A DNA stretch of 64,000 nucleotides from an uncultured archaeon (GTDB taxonomy: Archaea > Aenigmatarchaeota > Aenigmatarchaeia > PWEA01 > JAGHBM01): assembly GCA_964640225.1 (NCBI GenBank), contig CAZXFI010000003.1:3442-67441 (forward strand), read 5' to 3'. How positions within the stretch are numbered: the first letter of the stretch is position 1; every line of letters starts with the position of its first letter. Positions 17,928 through 27,447 of the stretch are shown here, in pieces. The notes under the pieces were generated by a model. That model saw only the letters and a program-made list of their open reading frames with translations. It searched no databases and was not told the DNA's origin. A program made the position numbers and the translations under genes.

Positions 17928-18535
17928 ACATAATATTTGACCTCGGGGGCGTTTTAATAACAAACGACTGGGATAAAAAAAACACGGGGTTTTTTGCGGA
18001 GTTTATAGGGGTTTTCGGGGTTTCCGAGAAAGACATGGACCGGGGGTGGAGAGCCGGACACGATCCCTTCTTTACGGGTAGGATAAGCGAAAACGAGTTC
18101 TGGAAAATATTTTTTAAAAAGGCAGGCCGCGAAGAAGTCTCGGAAGAAGACCTTGCCCGCGCCAAAAAAATTTGGAGAAAGCACCAGAAACAGGACAAAA
18201 ACATGCTGGCTCTTTTGAGGAAACTGAAAAAAAACCACATTTTGGTAGGACTTACCAACCTAGGAAGGGAGTGGGCCGACTATAAGATAAAAAAATACAA
18301 ACTAAACAGGTATTTTCAAACGGTTTTCATTTCCGGGTACCTGGGAGTGGCCAAACCGGACCCGGAAATCTACAAGAAAGTACTCATGAAGCTCGGCGCC
18401 GAGCCAGAAGATTGCTTTTTTATTGACGACAGGGAGAGAAACACCGCCCCCGCGGAAATTCTGGGGTTCAGGACCGTTGTTTTTAAGAACCGGAAAGAAC
18501 TGGAAAAAAAACTGGCTGAAGTGGGTCTGCTGTAA
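17924..18535 (+). CDS. HAD-superfamily (subfamily IA-like) hydrolase
   Basis: N-terminal FDLGGVL nucleophile motif and a C-terminal FIDD motif. The ATGA overlaps the upstream gene. Confidence 0.7.
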   Translation: MNIIFDLGGVLITNDWDKKNTGFFAEFIGVFGVSEKDMDRGWRAGHDPFFTGRISENEFWKIFFKKAGREEVSEEDLARAKKIWRKHQKQDKNMLALLRKLKKNHILVGLTNLGREWADYKIKKYKLNRYFQTVFISGYLGVAKPDPEIYKKVLMKLGAEPEDCFFIDDRERNTAPAEILGFRTVVFKNRKELEKKLAEVGLL

Positions 18536-18600
18536 AACAATATGCTGCAGAACAAATTAATTTTTATAGCTTAATGTTCATTACTTTGTTGGGGTTGAAA

Positions 18601-21267
18601 ATGGAGTTGCAGGTTCTTGACGCCGATTACACGTTGCTTAATGAAAAACCAATAGTAAGAGTTTTCTGCAAGGATTCTACGGGGAAGGTTTTTTGTGTTT
18701 TTAAAAGGGGTGTGGAACCTTACTTCTATGCGCTGGGGGAAACGGATGAGATAAAGGAGAAACTCAAGAAATTTGAAGGCGAAATACAGAGAGTGGAGGA
18801 AGTAGAAAGGTTCCTTCCGGTGGGCTACCAGGAAAAGAAAACAAAAGTCCTTAAAATAACCAACAGAAACCCCTCCAAGGTTCCCGCCATAAGGGAAACC
18901 CTGGGGTGCAGGGTTTTTGAGGCGGACATTCTTTTCAAGTACAGGTTCTTCTCGGACACAGGCATAAAAGGCATGAACTGGATAGAAGTTGAGGGAGATT
19001 TTGTCAACACAAACACGGTCTCTTGTACGGGAATTGAAGCAAAAAAGATAAAACCAAAAAACAAGGAGGAAAACATTCCTTTAAAAATTATGGCCCTGGA
19101 CATAGAGACAGAGGCGCCGTCGGACAGGATGCCGGAGCCGGACAAGGACGCGATAACCATGATAAGCCTGGCCTTCTCGGAGGATTACAAAAAGGAGAAA
19201 GACATGGTTATAGTCTCAAAACATGTCATGCTCAGGGACGACCAGAAAAATAATACAATATGCACGGATAACGAGAAAAAAATGCTGGAAAAACTCAAGG
19301 ATGTGATAAACGACTACGACCCCGATGTAATAACAGGATACAACATACAGAACTTTGACATGCCCTTTATTGTCGGCAGGATGGACAAGTCCGGCGTCAA
19401 GAAGGACTTCGGAAGGGCAAAGGACAAGAACGTTTTTTGCAGCAAGTATGGTCCAATCTCCAACACGAACATGTCAGGAAGAATAGTCTCCGATTCCTAC
19501 CAAATTATCAAAAAAGACTTCTCCTTCAAGAGCTACAAGCTGGACAACGTAGCGGAAAAGCTTCTGGGCAAGAAAAAAATTGACATAAGCTACAAAGATT
19601 TTGAAAGGCTGTGGAACGGGAGAAAAGAGGGTGTTCAAAAACTCATAGATTACGCGAGAAAAGACTCAATACTGGCGCTGGACCTTGTGAAAAAGAAGAA
19701 CCTCCTTGACAAGTACATAGCTCTTTCAAGGGTTTCCGGAATACTGCTTCAGGATGCTCTGAACGGGGGAGAGTCAATAAGAATAGAAAACGTTTTGCTC
19801 TCCGAGTTCAACAAGAGAGGCCTACTTTTCCCTCCCAAGCCAAGCGACAGGGAGGTTATGGAAAGGGCGAATAGAAGGGAGAAGAGCGGACTGAAGGGGG
19901 GGCTTGTTCTGGAGCCGAGGGCGGGACTTCATACCGACGGATGCATACTTGTTCTGGACTTCAAGAGCCTTTACCCAAGCATAATAAGGACTTACAATAT
20001 ATGCCCCACAACGCTTCTCAAAGAAAATTTGGATGTGGAATACAGCACTTCCCCGCTTGGAATAAAGTTCGTGAAAAGCAGCGTAAAGGAAGGCATACTT
20101 CCCCACGTGCTGGAGAACCTGATAAACCAGAGATCCCTTGTCAAGAAAAAAATGCACGAGGAAAGGGATGCGGACAAGAAGAGACTGCTTTACGCCAAAC
20201 AGTGGGCCCTTAAAATACTGGCCAACGCCTTTTACGGTTATACGGGGTATCTCAGGGCAAAAACCTACGTCATGGAGGTGGCCAACACAATAACCGCCTT
20301 TGGTAGGGAATTGCTGCAAAGAACCAGAAAGGAAATAACCGACATGGGTTACGAGGTTGTATACGGGGACACGGACTCGGTTTTTGTTAAAGCGGACACC
20401 AAGGACCTTGAAAAGGCGTACAAGCTGGGAAACCGGATAGTAAGCAAGATAGACTTACCCGGAAAACTTGTCCTGGAATTTGAGAAAATATTCCGCTCGT
20501 TTCTTATATTGACCAAAAAAAGGTACGCCGGATGGAGCTTTGAGAAAAACAACGGCGACTGGTCGGACAAAATAGAGATGAAGGGAATAGAAACTGTGAG
20601 GAGGGACTGGCCAGACCTTGTAACGGAGAGCATGAATGTGGTGCTTAACATAATCCTGAAGGAAGGCAACGTCAAAAAGGCGATAGCCTACGTCCAGGGA
20701 GAGGTTGACAAGCTCAACGCGGGAACAGTGAACCTTAAAAAGCTCGCGGTCACAAAGAGCATAACAAAAAGCGTGGACAGGTATGACGGCATGCTGCCGC
20801 ACATAGAGCTGGCCAAAAAGATAAGTCAGAGGAATCCCTCCCAGACTCCTTCCCCGGGGACCAGGATATCTTACATCATAATAAGGGGCAACCAGATGCT
20901 GAGTAAGAGAGCCGAAGAGCCCGAGTACATAAACGAGCACAAGCTGAACATAGACTCCTGTTATTACATAGAGAACCAGCTTTTGCCCCCACTTGAAAGA
21001 ATATTTTCCGTGATAGGCGTTGACAAGGGAGAGCTTATGGGCAAGGGGAGGCAGTGCAACCTGAAGGACATGCTGAAGCCCGCCAAGAGAAACCATAAAA
21101 TAGAGATACCCCCGGAAAAAATTATCGTAAAGTCCCCCGAAGGATTCGTCTGCAGGAACTGCAACAAGAATTTCAGAAGGGTCCCTCTTGTGGGTAGGTG
21201 TGATTGCGGGGGAGAGATTCTGGCCTTTGCTCGGGGGAATATGGGTTTTCTTATAAAACTAAATTAA
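18601..21267 (+). CDS. polB: Family B DNA polymerase (PolB) with a C-terminal Zn-ribbon extension
   Basis: Exo I LDIETE. Pol motifs DFKSLYPSII, KILANAFYGYTGY, YGDTDS. A ~85-aa tail after the thumb carries CRNC...CDCGG. ATG 18601 is preferred. Confidence 0.85.
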   Translation: MELQVLDADYTLLNEKPIVRVFCKDSTGKVFCVFKRGVEPYFYALGETDEIKEKLKKFEGEIQRVEEVERFLPVGYQEKKTKVLKITNRNPSKVPAIRETLGCRVFEADILFKYRFFSDTGIKGMNWIEVEGDFVNTNTVSCTGIEAKKIKPKNKEENIPLKIMALDIETEAPSDRMPEPDKDAITMISLAFSEDYKKEKDMVIVSKHVMLRDDQKNNTICTDNEKKMLEKLKDVINDYDPDVITGYNIQNFDMPFIVGRMDKSGVKKDFGRAKDKNVFCSKYGPISNTNMSGRIVSDSYQIIKKDFSFKSYKLDNVAEKLLGKKKIDISYKDFERLWNGRKEGVQKLIDYARKDSILALDLVKKKNLLDKYIALSRVSGILLQDALNGGESIRIENVLLSEFNKRGLLFPPKPSDREVMERANRREKSGLKGGLVLEPRAGLHTDGCILVLDFKSLYPSIIRTYNICPTTLLKENLDVEYSTSPLGIKFVKSSVKEGILPHVLENLINQRSLVKKKMHEERDADKKRLLYAKQWALKILANAFYGYTGYLRAKTYVMEVANTITAFGRELLQRTRKEITDMGYEVVYGDTDSVFVKADTKDLEKAYKLGNRIVSKIDLPGKLVLEFEKIFRSFLILTKKRYAGWSFEKNNGDWSDKIEMKGIETVRRDWPDLVTESMNVVLNIILKEGNVKKAIAYVQGEVDKLNAGTVNLKKLAVTKSITKSVDRYDGMLPHIELAKKISQRNPSQTPSPGTRISYIIIRGNQMLSKRAEEPEYINEHKLNIDSCYYIENQLLPPLERIFSVIGVDKGELMGKGRQCNLKDMLKPAKRNHKIEIPPEKIIVKSPEGFVCRNCNKNFRRVPLVGRCDCGGEILAFARGNMGFLIKLN

Positions 21268-21298
21268 TGCTTATATTTGGCGCCCCTGAAATATTATT

Positions 21299-21751
21299 AT
21301 GACCCCCGTGGACCAGCTGGCGTTTTTCTCCGACAGCATAATTTATCTTTCCGTGCTGCTGATACCGTTTTATCTTTGGGGTAATGACAGGAAAAAACTT
21401 TTTTTATATTCATTAAGCTTTGTTGCGGTGCTGGTTTCCGTTTACCTCATCAAGATAACTCTAGCCGTTCCCAGGCCGGCCCTCGGCCTTATTCCGATGC
21501 CGGCCACGCCTTCCTTCCCAAGCATGCACGCCTCCCTCGGCCTGCTTCCGGCGGGATTTTTTTTTCATGTGAAAAAATACAAGGTTCCTCTCATTGCTTA
21601 CGGCTCTCTGATAGCGTATTCTAGGGTACTTCTGGGAGTTCATTACTGGATGGACATATTTACCGGGGCGGTGATCGGTTTTCTAATACCTCTGACGATT
21701 TTTTACAAAAAGAAAAAAGTGCTTAAGTTTTTCAGGCTAGACAAAAAATAA
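21299..21751 (+). CDS. PAP2-family membrane phosphatase (polyprenyl-pyrophosphate phosphatase-like)
   Basis: KxxxxxxRP, PSMHAS and SRVLLGVHYWMD motifs. Confidence 0.6.
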   Translation: MTPVDQLAFFSDSIIYLSVLLIPFYLWGNDRKKLFLYSLSFVAVLVSVYLIKITLAVPRPALGLIPMPATPSFPSMHASLGLLPAGFFFHVKKYKVPLIAYGSLIAYSRVLLGVHYWMDIFTGAVIGFLIPLTIFYKKKKVLKFFRLDKK

Positions 21752-22921
21752 AATAGTAGGGAGTATCAGACATCCCATCATGTAGCTTCTTCTGGTTCCG
21801 GAGAGTATACAAAAAAGACCGAGTGATGTTGAAAGCAAAAGAACACACAGTCCGGTTAATCCGGTGAACAGAACGGTCATGAAGACAAGAAAAACCAATA
21901 TGGCAAAGCCAAGAAAATTGTAGTTTATTTTTCTCAGAACCCCTATGAAATTTCCGGCAACCAGTAGGGTTGCAATTGAGGACAGGCCCCCTGCCAGTAT
22001 TATCGCGCCCATTAAAATAACAACGTCTGTTACGGTGAGAGTGGTTAGTATTTCCTGCACCGCCACACCGGCACCGCTCCTCGGGTTGCCTATCAACCAT
22101 AATGCAAGTATGGACAGGACGGCGACCACCGTGTTAACACCTCCTATTGCTATCATAAACTCGTTTTCTCTTTTCTTTCCAACAAGTTCCCGTGAAACAA
22201 AAGTGGCCTGCGCGGCACCCACCCCCGGGAGGAGGCCGGCGAGAATTCCCGACAGGGACCCGATAACCCCTCCCCTGAATATCTCACCTCTTTTCAGTTC
22301 AAGTTCGTCTGTTTTCTGCCCAGGTATTACCACACGGTCCTTTAGAGACTTTACTATCATGCTCATCCCAAACAGTCCGGTAAGCATGGGGAACAGGGCG
22401 AACTTTCCGAGAACTCCCCCGTTCAGGACAAGATACCCGAGAATCCCGGAAAGCAGAAAGACCAGAGGACCGGACAGGGTTTTGTCCTTCAGAAACATAA
22501 AACCGGTCAGAAAAATAAGGAGCCAGTGTACGTTCGGCCTCAGGGTGGAGTAAAAACTGCCTATAAAAAAGGCGAGAACAGGCAGCACTGCGAGTACCAT
22601 AAGGAGGGACACCACGCCCCCAACCACGGTAAGTTTTACCGCCTGCTGGCCCATGCCGCTCATCATCATTCTGTGCCCCGGCAGCACGCTCAGCGCGGTT
22701 TCCGGGTCGGGTGCCCCGAGCATTATTGAGGGAATGAAGTCAAGGAAGGAGTGGGCCACTGACATGGACACAATCATGACAGAAAAAAGAAGGGGGTTGC
22801 CGAAGAACAGGCCCAGGAAAACGGTTATTACGGTGTTGGGGTGGAGCCCGGGAGTAAGGCCCGTGATTATACCAACGGCTGTACCGAGAAAAATATAAAA
22901 AAGAATAGCAAGCAAATCCAT
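21737..22921 (-). CDS. TctA/DUF112-family membrane transporter
   Basis: About ten TM helices. Conserved GxLPG segments. Confidence 0.55.
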   Translation of the reverse strand: MDLLAILFYIFLGTAVGIITGLTPGLHPNTVITVFLGLFFGNPLLFSVMIVSMSVAHSFLDFIPSIMLGAPDPETALSVLPGHRMMMSGMGQQAVKLTVVGGVVSLLMVLAVLPVLAFFIGSFYSTLRPNVHWLLIFLTGFMFLKDKTLSGPLVFLLSGILGYLVLNGGVLGKFALFPMLTGLFGMSMIVKSLKDRVVIPGQKTDELELKRGEIFRGGVIGSLSGILAGLLPGVGAAQATFVSRELVGKKRENEFMIAIGGVNTVVAVLSILALWLIGNPRSGAGVAVQEILTTLTVTDVVILMGAIILAGGLSSIATLLVAGNFIGVLRKINYNFLGFAILVFLVFMTVLFTGLTGLCVLLLSTSLGLFCILSGTRRSYMMGCLILPTILFFV

Positions 22922-22948
22922 GCTTTAGGTTTCGGGAAGTGAAATAAA

Positions 22949-23137
22949 TTATTTCTTTTTCTTGTTTTTCATTGCATGGATTATTACTTCAAAAGATGTT
23001 ATTATAGCCGCTATGAGAAACCCTGTTCCAAAAGAGAGAGTTGCTTCTTTTCCCATGTACCACATAAGCGCGGTCACTACGATGAGCACTACCAGGAACA
23101 GCGGTACTTCCTCCTTCAATTGCCAACCGATTTTCAT
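22949..23137 (-). CDS. Small 2-TM membrane protein (possible TctB-like partner)
   Basis: Hydrophobic 62-aa ORF adjacent to the TctA-like gene. Confidence 0.3.
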   Translation of the reverse strand: MKIGWQLKEEVPLFLVVLIVVTALMWYMGKEATLSFGTGFLIAAIITSFEVIIHAMKNKKKK

Positions 23138-23192
23138 GTTATCACAGTTAGTTTTGTAGTTTAATATATATAATCTTTTTTAAATATCTTTA

Positions 23193-23525
23193 GTGGTTAG
23201 GATGTTCAATCAGAAGCAGATGGAGAAGGCAATGAAGAGGATGGGAATCCGGTCGGAGGAGATAGACGCCGAGGAGGTTCTCATAAAATGCAGGGACAGG
23301 GAGCTTGTGATAAGAGAGCCCGTGGTGTCAAAAATAAAAATGGGAGGACAGGAAACCTTCCAGGTCATGGGCAAAGTTTCAGAGAAACTCGCTGAGAAGT
23401 TTACCCAGGAAGACATAAATCTCGTGATGGAGCAGACAGGATGCTCCGACGAAGAGGCGGTAAGGGCGCTGGACGAGACCGGGAACATGGCTGAGGCGAT
23501 AATGAAGCTCAAGGGCAAAGCTTAA
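23193..23525 (+). CDS. nac: Nascent polypeptide-associated complex protein (NAC alpha with UBA domain)
   Basis: NAC beta-barrel core plus a C-terminal UBA-like segment (EEAVRALDETGNMAEAIMKL). Confidence 0.75.
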   Translation: MVRMFNQKQMEKAMKRMGIRSEEIDAEEVLIKCRDRELVIREPVVSKIKMGGQETFQVMGKVSEKLAEKFTQEDINLVMEQTGCSDEEAVRALDETGNMAEAIMKLKGKA

Positions 23526-23559
23526 ATATTTTGGCGCAGAACTTTCTCTGTCAAATTCA

Positions 23560-23712
23560 ATGAGTGACAGAAAAATGGACGAGAAGGACGGAATAAAGGA
23601 AGTAGAAGTGAAATGCAGCTGCGGCAGGAAGATAAGGATAAAATTCATTGCCCCCGTGGTCGTGGAGCATGACTGCACGTACGAGATAAGAGGGGAAAAC
23701 AGCGTACCCTAG
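23560..23712 (+). CDS. Small (50 aa) Zn-ribbon-like protein
   Basis: Translation MSDRKMDEKDGIKEVEVKCSCGRKIRIKFIAPVVVEHDCTYEIRGENSVP. Below the ORF-track size cut-off. Confidence 0.3.
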   Translation: MSDRKMDEKDGIKEVEVKCSCGRKIRIKFIAPVVVEHDCTYEIRGENSVP

Positions 23713-23837
23713 CCTTTTATAACACTGTTATATCACTTTAAATAACTTTCAGGATAAATTTATCAAGGCCCGTCTCGATCAGCTCTCGGAAAGGCCTGTG
23801 GGCCCTTATGAAAAAGAGTGTTATGGGCGGGTCACAA

Positions 23838-24113
23838 ATGATTCTTATGCTCCTCAAGCTCAAGGTCAAACCGGCTTCCGAGAAGACCATAATAAAAGTG
23901 GAAACAGGTTTAAAAGGCTCCGTTGTTAAAATATGGCTAAAATCTCCCGCAAAAGACGGAAAGGCCAACAAAGAGTTGTCCTTACTCTTAAATAAGGTTT
24001 TTGGAAGCTACAAATTTGTTTCCGGCCGCATATCCAGGGAAAAGCTTATAAAGGTTGATATGGATATAGATAATGTATTTGACAGAATAAGAAAGTTTAC
24101 AAAAAGAACCTAG
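23838..24113 (+). CDS. DUF167 (YggU/UPF0235) family protein
   Basis: KVKPAS...GKANKELSLLLNKVF...VSGRISREK pattern. Confidence 0.55.
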   Translation: MILMLLKLKVKPASEKTIIKVETGLKGSVVKIWLKSPAKDGKANKELSLLLNKVFGSYKFVSGRISREKLIKVDMDIDNVFDRIRKFTKRT

Positions 24114-24208
24114 GGAACTTATAATCATCATTCATCACTAATCTGATGCGTCCTTTAGGACAATGTGGGGAACAGTTCTTTCTAGGTTTTTCAAAAGAGG
24201 TGATAGTT

Positions 24209-25408
24209 ATGAGCAAGCTAGCTCAATCCACGTCAAAGTACAACATAGTGGCAAAATTCAGCTCAAAAGGGGTTGTGGAGAAGCCTGACGTAATAGGCGC
24301 GGTTTTCGGCCAGACAGAAGGGCTTCTCGGCGCAGACATGGACCTGAGAGAGCTGCAGAGAACGGGAAGGATAGGAAGAATAGAGGTAAATATAAACACA
24401 AAGAACGGCAACACCCAGGGAGTCATAAACATACCATCGTCCCTGGATGCAAGCGAAACAGCTCTCATAGCCGCCACCCTGGAGACCATAGAAAGGGTGG
24501 GACCCTGCGACGCCAAAATAAACGTGGAAAAGGTGGAGGACATAAGAGCCGTAAAAAGAAAGTACGTGGTGGACAGGGCAAAGGAGATACTGAAAAACGT
24601 GTTTGAGGAGGGGTTGCCTGAAACGCAGGAAATAGCCGAGGAAATAAAGGAGGCCGTCCGGTCTTCGGAAGCCACGGTATACAGGGGACTTCCGGCCGGG
24701 CCGAACATAATGTCTTACGACTCCCTGATAGTTTGCGAAGGAAGGGCAGACGTAGTCAAGCTACTAAAGAACGGAATAAAGAACGCCATAGCCATAGAGG
24801 GCTCTTCTGTGCCGGATTTGATTATAGGCCTGAGCAAGCAGAAAACCACGACGGCCTTCCTGGACGGGGATAGGGGAGGAGACCTGATACTCAAGGAGAT
24901 GATACAGAAAGGAGTTGACCTGGATTTCGTGGCAAGGGCTCCCAGGGGAAAGGAAGTGGAAGACCTGACAAAAAAGGAGATATACAAGTGCCTGAGAGAC
25001 AAGGTCTCCTCGGACCAGGAGAAAATAGATGCAAACAGCAAAAACAACGGAAAGAAAACGGAGACCACCACGAGCGCCCAGAAGACTGAAAAAAAGAGCT
25101 TCCCAAAAACCAGCAGCAAGGAGGACGGGGAGTTCAAGAAAGTTCTCTCCGACCTCACGGGAACGCGGGCGGCTTATTTCTTTGACAAGGACATGAAGAT
25201 AATAGGCAAGATACCCGTGAAGGAAATGTTCAGCGCGCTCAAGGAAATGAAAGACATTTACGCTCTAGTGTTCGACGGTTCAATAGACCAGAAACTGGTA
25301 AAATTCAGCGCGGACAAGAACATCAAGCACCTGGTGGGAATGAAAATCAACGGAAGAATAAACGTGCCTAAGAATATGAGGGTAGTTACTCAGAAGGAAC
25401 TCAAATAA
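24209..25408 (+). CDS. dnaG: Archaeal DnaG-type primase (Toprim, exosome-associated)
   Basis: Toprim motifs CEGRADV and DGDRGGD. GAGGTGA lies upstream of ATG 24209. Confidence 0.8.
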   Translation: MSKLAQSTSKYNIVAKFSSKGVVEKPDVIGAVFGQTEGLLGADMDLRELQRTGRIGRIEVNINTKNGNTQGVINIPSSLDASETALIAATLETIERVGPCDAKINVEKVEDIRAVKRKYVVDRAKEILKNVFEEGLPETQEIAEEIKEAVRSSEATVYRGLPAGPNIMSYDSLIVCEGRADVVKLLKNGIKNAIAIEGSSVPDLIIGLSKQKTTTAFLDGDRGGDLILKEMIQKGVDLDFVARAPRGKEVEDLTKKEIYKCLRDKVSSDQEKIDANSKNNGKKTETTTSAQKTEKKSFPKTSSKEDGEFKKVLSDLTGTRAAYFFDKDMKIIGKIPVKEMFSALKEMKDIYALVFDGSIDQKLVKFSADKNIKHLVGMKINGRINVPKNMRVVTQKELK

Positions 25409-25514
25409 TCATTTCATCGTCTATGACCAAACCGCATCCGCCGCAGAAAGTCAGTATGTTCCTTCCATCGTCTTCCTTTTTTATTTTAAGGCAACCGCAT
25501 TCGGGACATTTCAT
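25401..25514 (-). CDS. Small (37 aa) C4 Zn-ribbon protein
   Basis: Translation MKCPECGCLKIKKEDDGRNILTFCGGCGLVIDDEMIF. Convergent with dnaG and overlapping its end. Confidence 0.3.
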   Translation of the reverse strand: MKCPECGCLKIKKEDDGRNILTFCGGCGLVIDDEMII

Positions 25515-25611
25515 ATCTCCCACCCGATTGAGTATTTGGCCTGGTAGGATTTAAACATTTATCTGTAAGGAAATATGGTTTATAAAATAGATACAAAAAA
25601 ACAAACAACAA

Positions 25612-27447
25612 ATGACGATTTACGAACCAAAGGTGATAAAAATGAGCAATAAAAAAAGACAAAAGATAGTACCGGACACTTCCGTAATCATAGACGAGAA
25701 GCTGTCTGAACTGATAGAGAAAGACGGCCTGAAGGCAGACATAATCATACCGGAAATGGTTCTGGATGAGCTGCAGAGCCAGGCTAACAGGGGTCTGGAG
25801 ATAGGATTCAACGGGCTTAACGAAATAAAGAAGCTGAGGGACATATCAAAAACCAACCCCGGTGTGAAGATAATGGCCACCGGAAGAAGACCCACCCCCG
25901 ACGAGGTTAAGCTTGCCAAGAAGGGAAGGATAGACGCCCTTATAAGGGACGTTGCCAAGAAGGAATCCGCGGTTCTTTACACGGAGGACCTTGTACAGTC
26001 TGAGGTGGCCAAGGCCGACGGCATTGAAGTGGTTTACATAGAGACAAAGTCCGACGAGGAACTGGTTTTTGAGAAATACCTCACGAAGAACACGATGTCC
26101 CTTCATTTCAAGGAAAAATCAAGGCCGATGGCCAAGATAGGAAAACCAGGAGAGGTGGAACTGAAGGAGTTGAGAAAGGAGATTTGCACCAAGGAGGAGC
26201 TTGAGAGAATGGCTTCGGACATAGTATATGCTACCAGGCGCAGGGAAGGGCAGTTTGAGATAAGCCGCAACGGAGCAGAGGTCGTGCAGCTGGGGGAGTA
26301 TAGGATTGCGATAACAAAACCTCCGTTTTCCAAGGACTACGAGATAACGATAATAAGGCCCATAGTAAAGCTAAAGCTGGAGGACTACGAACTCTCTGAA
26401 AAGCTTTTAAAAAGGCTAAAAAGAAAGGCCGAGGGAATTCTTATATCGGGACCGCCAGGCTCCGGGAAGTCAACCTTCGCGTCGGGCCTTGCGGAGTTCT
26501 ACCTGAAGCAGGGAAAGATAATAAAAACCCTGGAATCCCCAAGGGACCTGCAGGTGCCACCCGAGGTAACGCAGTACGCGCCGCTCAACGGCAGCATGTC
26601 AAACTCGGCAGACGTGCTTCTTCTTGTAAGGCCGGACTACACGATTTACGACGAGATGAGGAAGACCGCCGATTTCAGGGTTTTCTCGGACATGAGGCTA
26701 TCCGGAATAGGAATGGTCGGGGTGGTGCATGCAAGCGATCCTATTAACGCCGTGCAGAGGTTTATCGGAAGGACAGAGCTGGGAATGATACCCCACATAC
26801 TTGACACAATAGTTTTCATAAGGTACGGCAAGATAGAAAAGGTCTTTTCAATCTCCATGAAGGTGAAAGTCCCCACAGGGATGGTGGAGCAGGACCTGGC
26901 CAGGCCGGTTGTGGAGATAAGGGACTTTGAATCTGGAAAACTGGAGTATGAAATATACACCTACGGCGAGGAAAACGTGGTCTTGGAAGTCTCGGAAGAG
27001 AAGGACAAGCCCATGGAAAAGTTGGCAAAGGAAAGGATAAGAGAGGAAATAAAGAAGTACGACAAGTCCGCGGAAATAGAGTTCACGGGCGGAAAAAGAA
27101 TAGTGGCAAAGGTCGGCAACAAGGCAATACCGAAGCTTATAGGCAAGGAAGGAAAGACGATAGAGAAGATAGAGAAGAAGCTCGGGGTAAGCATAGACGT
27201 CCAGCCGAGAATAGAGAGCCTGGGAAAAGAGGTGAAATTTGACGTGGGCGAAAGCGGGGCCTATATAATATTTTCCTTCAAGAAAAATTTAAGAGGAGAA
27301 AACGCCAATACCTATGTGAAGGACGAGTATTTGTTCACGGCAACCGTGGGAAAGTCAGGTCAGATAAGGATTTCCAAGAATTCCGACCTGGGCAAGCAGA
27401 TAATAAACGCGCTTGCCACCAAGAAAAGAATCAGGGTATTTGTCTAG
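25612..27447 (+). CDS. PIN domain - PhoH-like ATPase - KH domain protein (COG1855-type)
   Basis: N-terminal PIN segment (IVPDTSVIID), P-loop GPPGSGKST, C-terminal KH (GKEGKTIEKIEKKLG). Confidence 0.7.
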   Translation: MTIYEPKVIKMSNKKRQKIVPDTSVIIDEKLSELIEKDGLKADIIIPEMVLDELQSQANRGLEIGFNGLNEIKKLRDISKTNPGVKIMATGRRPTPDEVKLAKKGRIDALIRDVAKKESAVLYTEDLVQSEVAKADGIEVVYIETKSDEELVFEKYLTKNTMSLHFKEKSRPMAKIGKPGEVELKELRKEICTKEELERMASDIVYATRRREGQFEISRNGAEVVQLGEYRIAITKPPFSKDYEITIIRPIVKLKLEDYELSEKLLKRLKRKAEGILISGPPGSGKSTFASGLAEFYLKQGKIIKTLESPRDLQVPPEVTQYAPLNGSMSNSADVLLLVRPDYTIYDEMRKTADFRVFSDMRLSGIGMVGVVHASDPINAVQRFIGRTELGMIPHILDTIVFIRYGKIEKVFSISMKVKVPTGMVEQDLARPVVEIRDFESGKLEYEIYTYGEENVVLEVSEEKDKPMEKLAKERIREEIKKYDKSAEIEFTGGKRIVAKVGNKAIPKLIGKEGKTIEKIEKKLGVSIDVQPRIESLGKEVKFDVGESGAYIIFSFKKNLRGENANTYVKDEYLFTATVGKSGQIRISKNSDLGKQIINALATKKRIRVFV

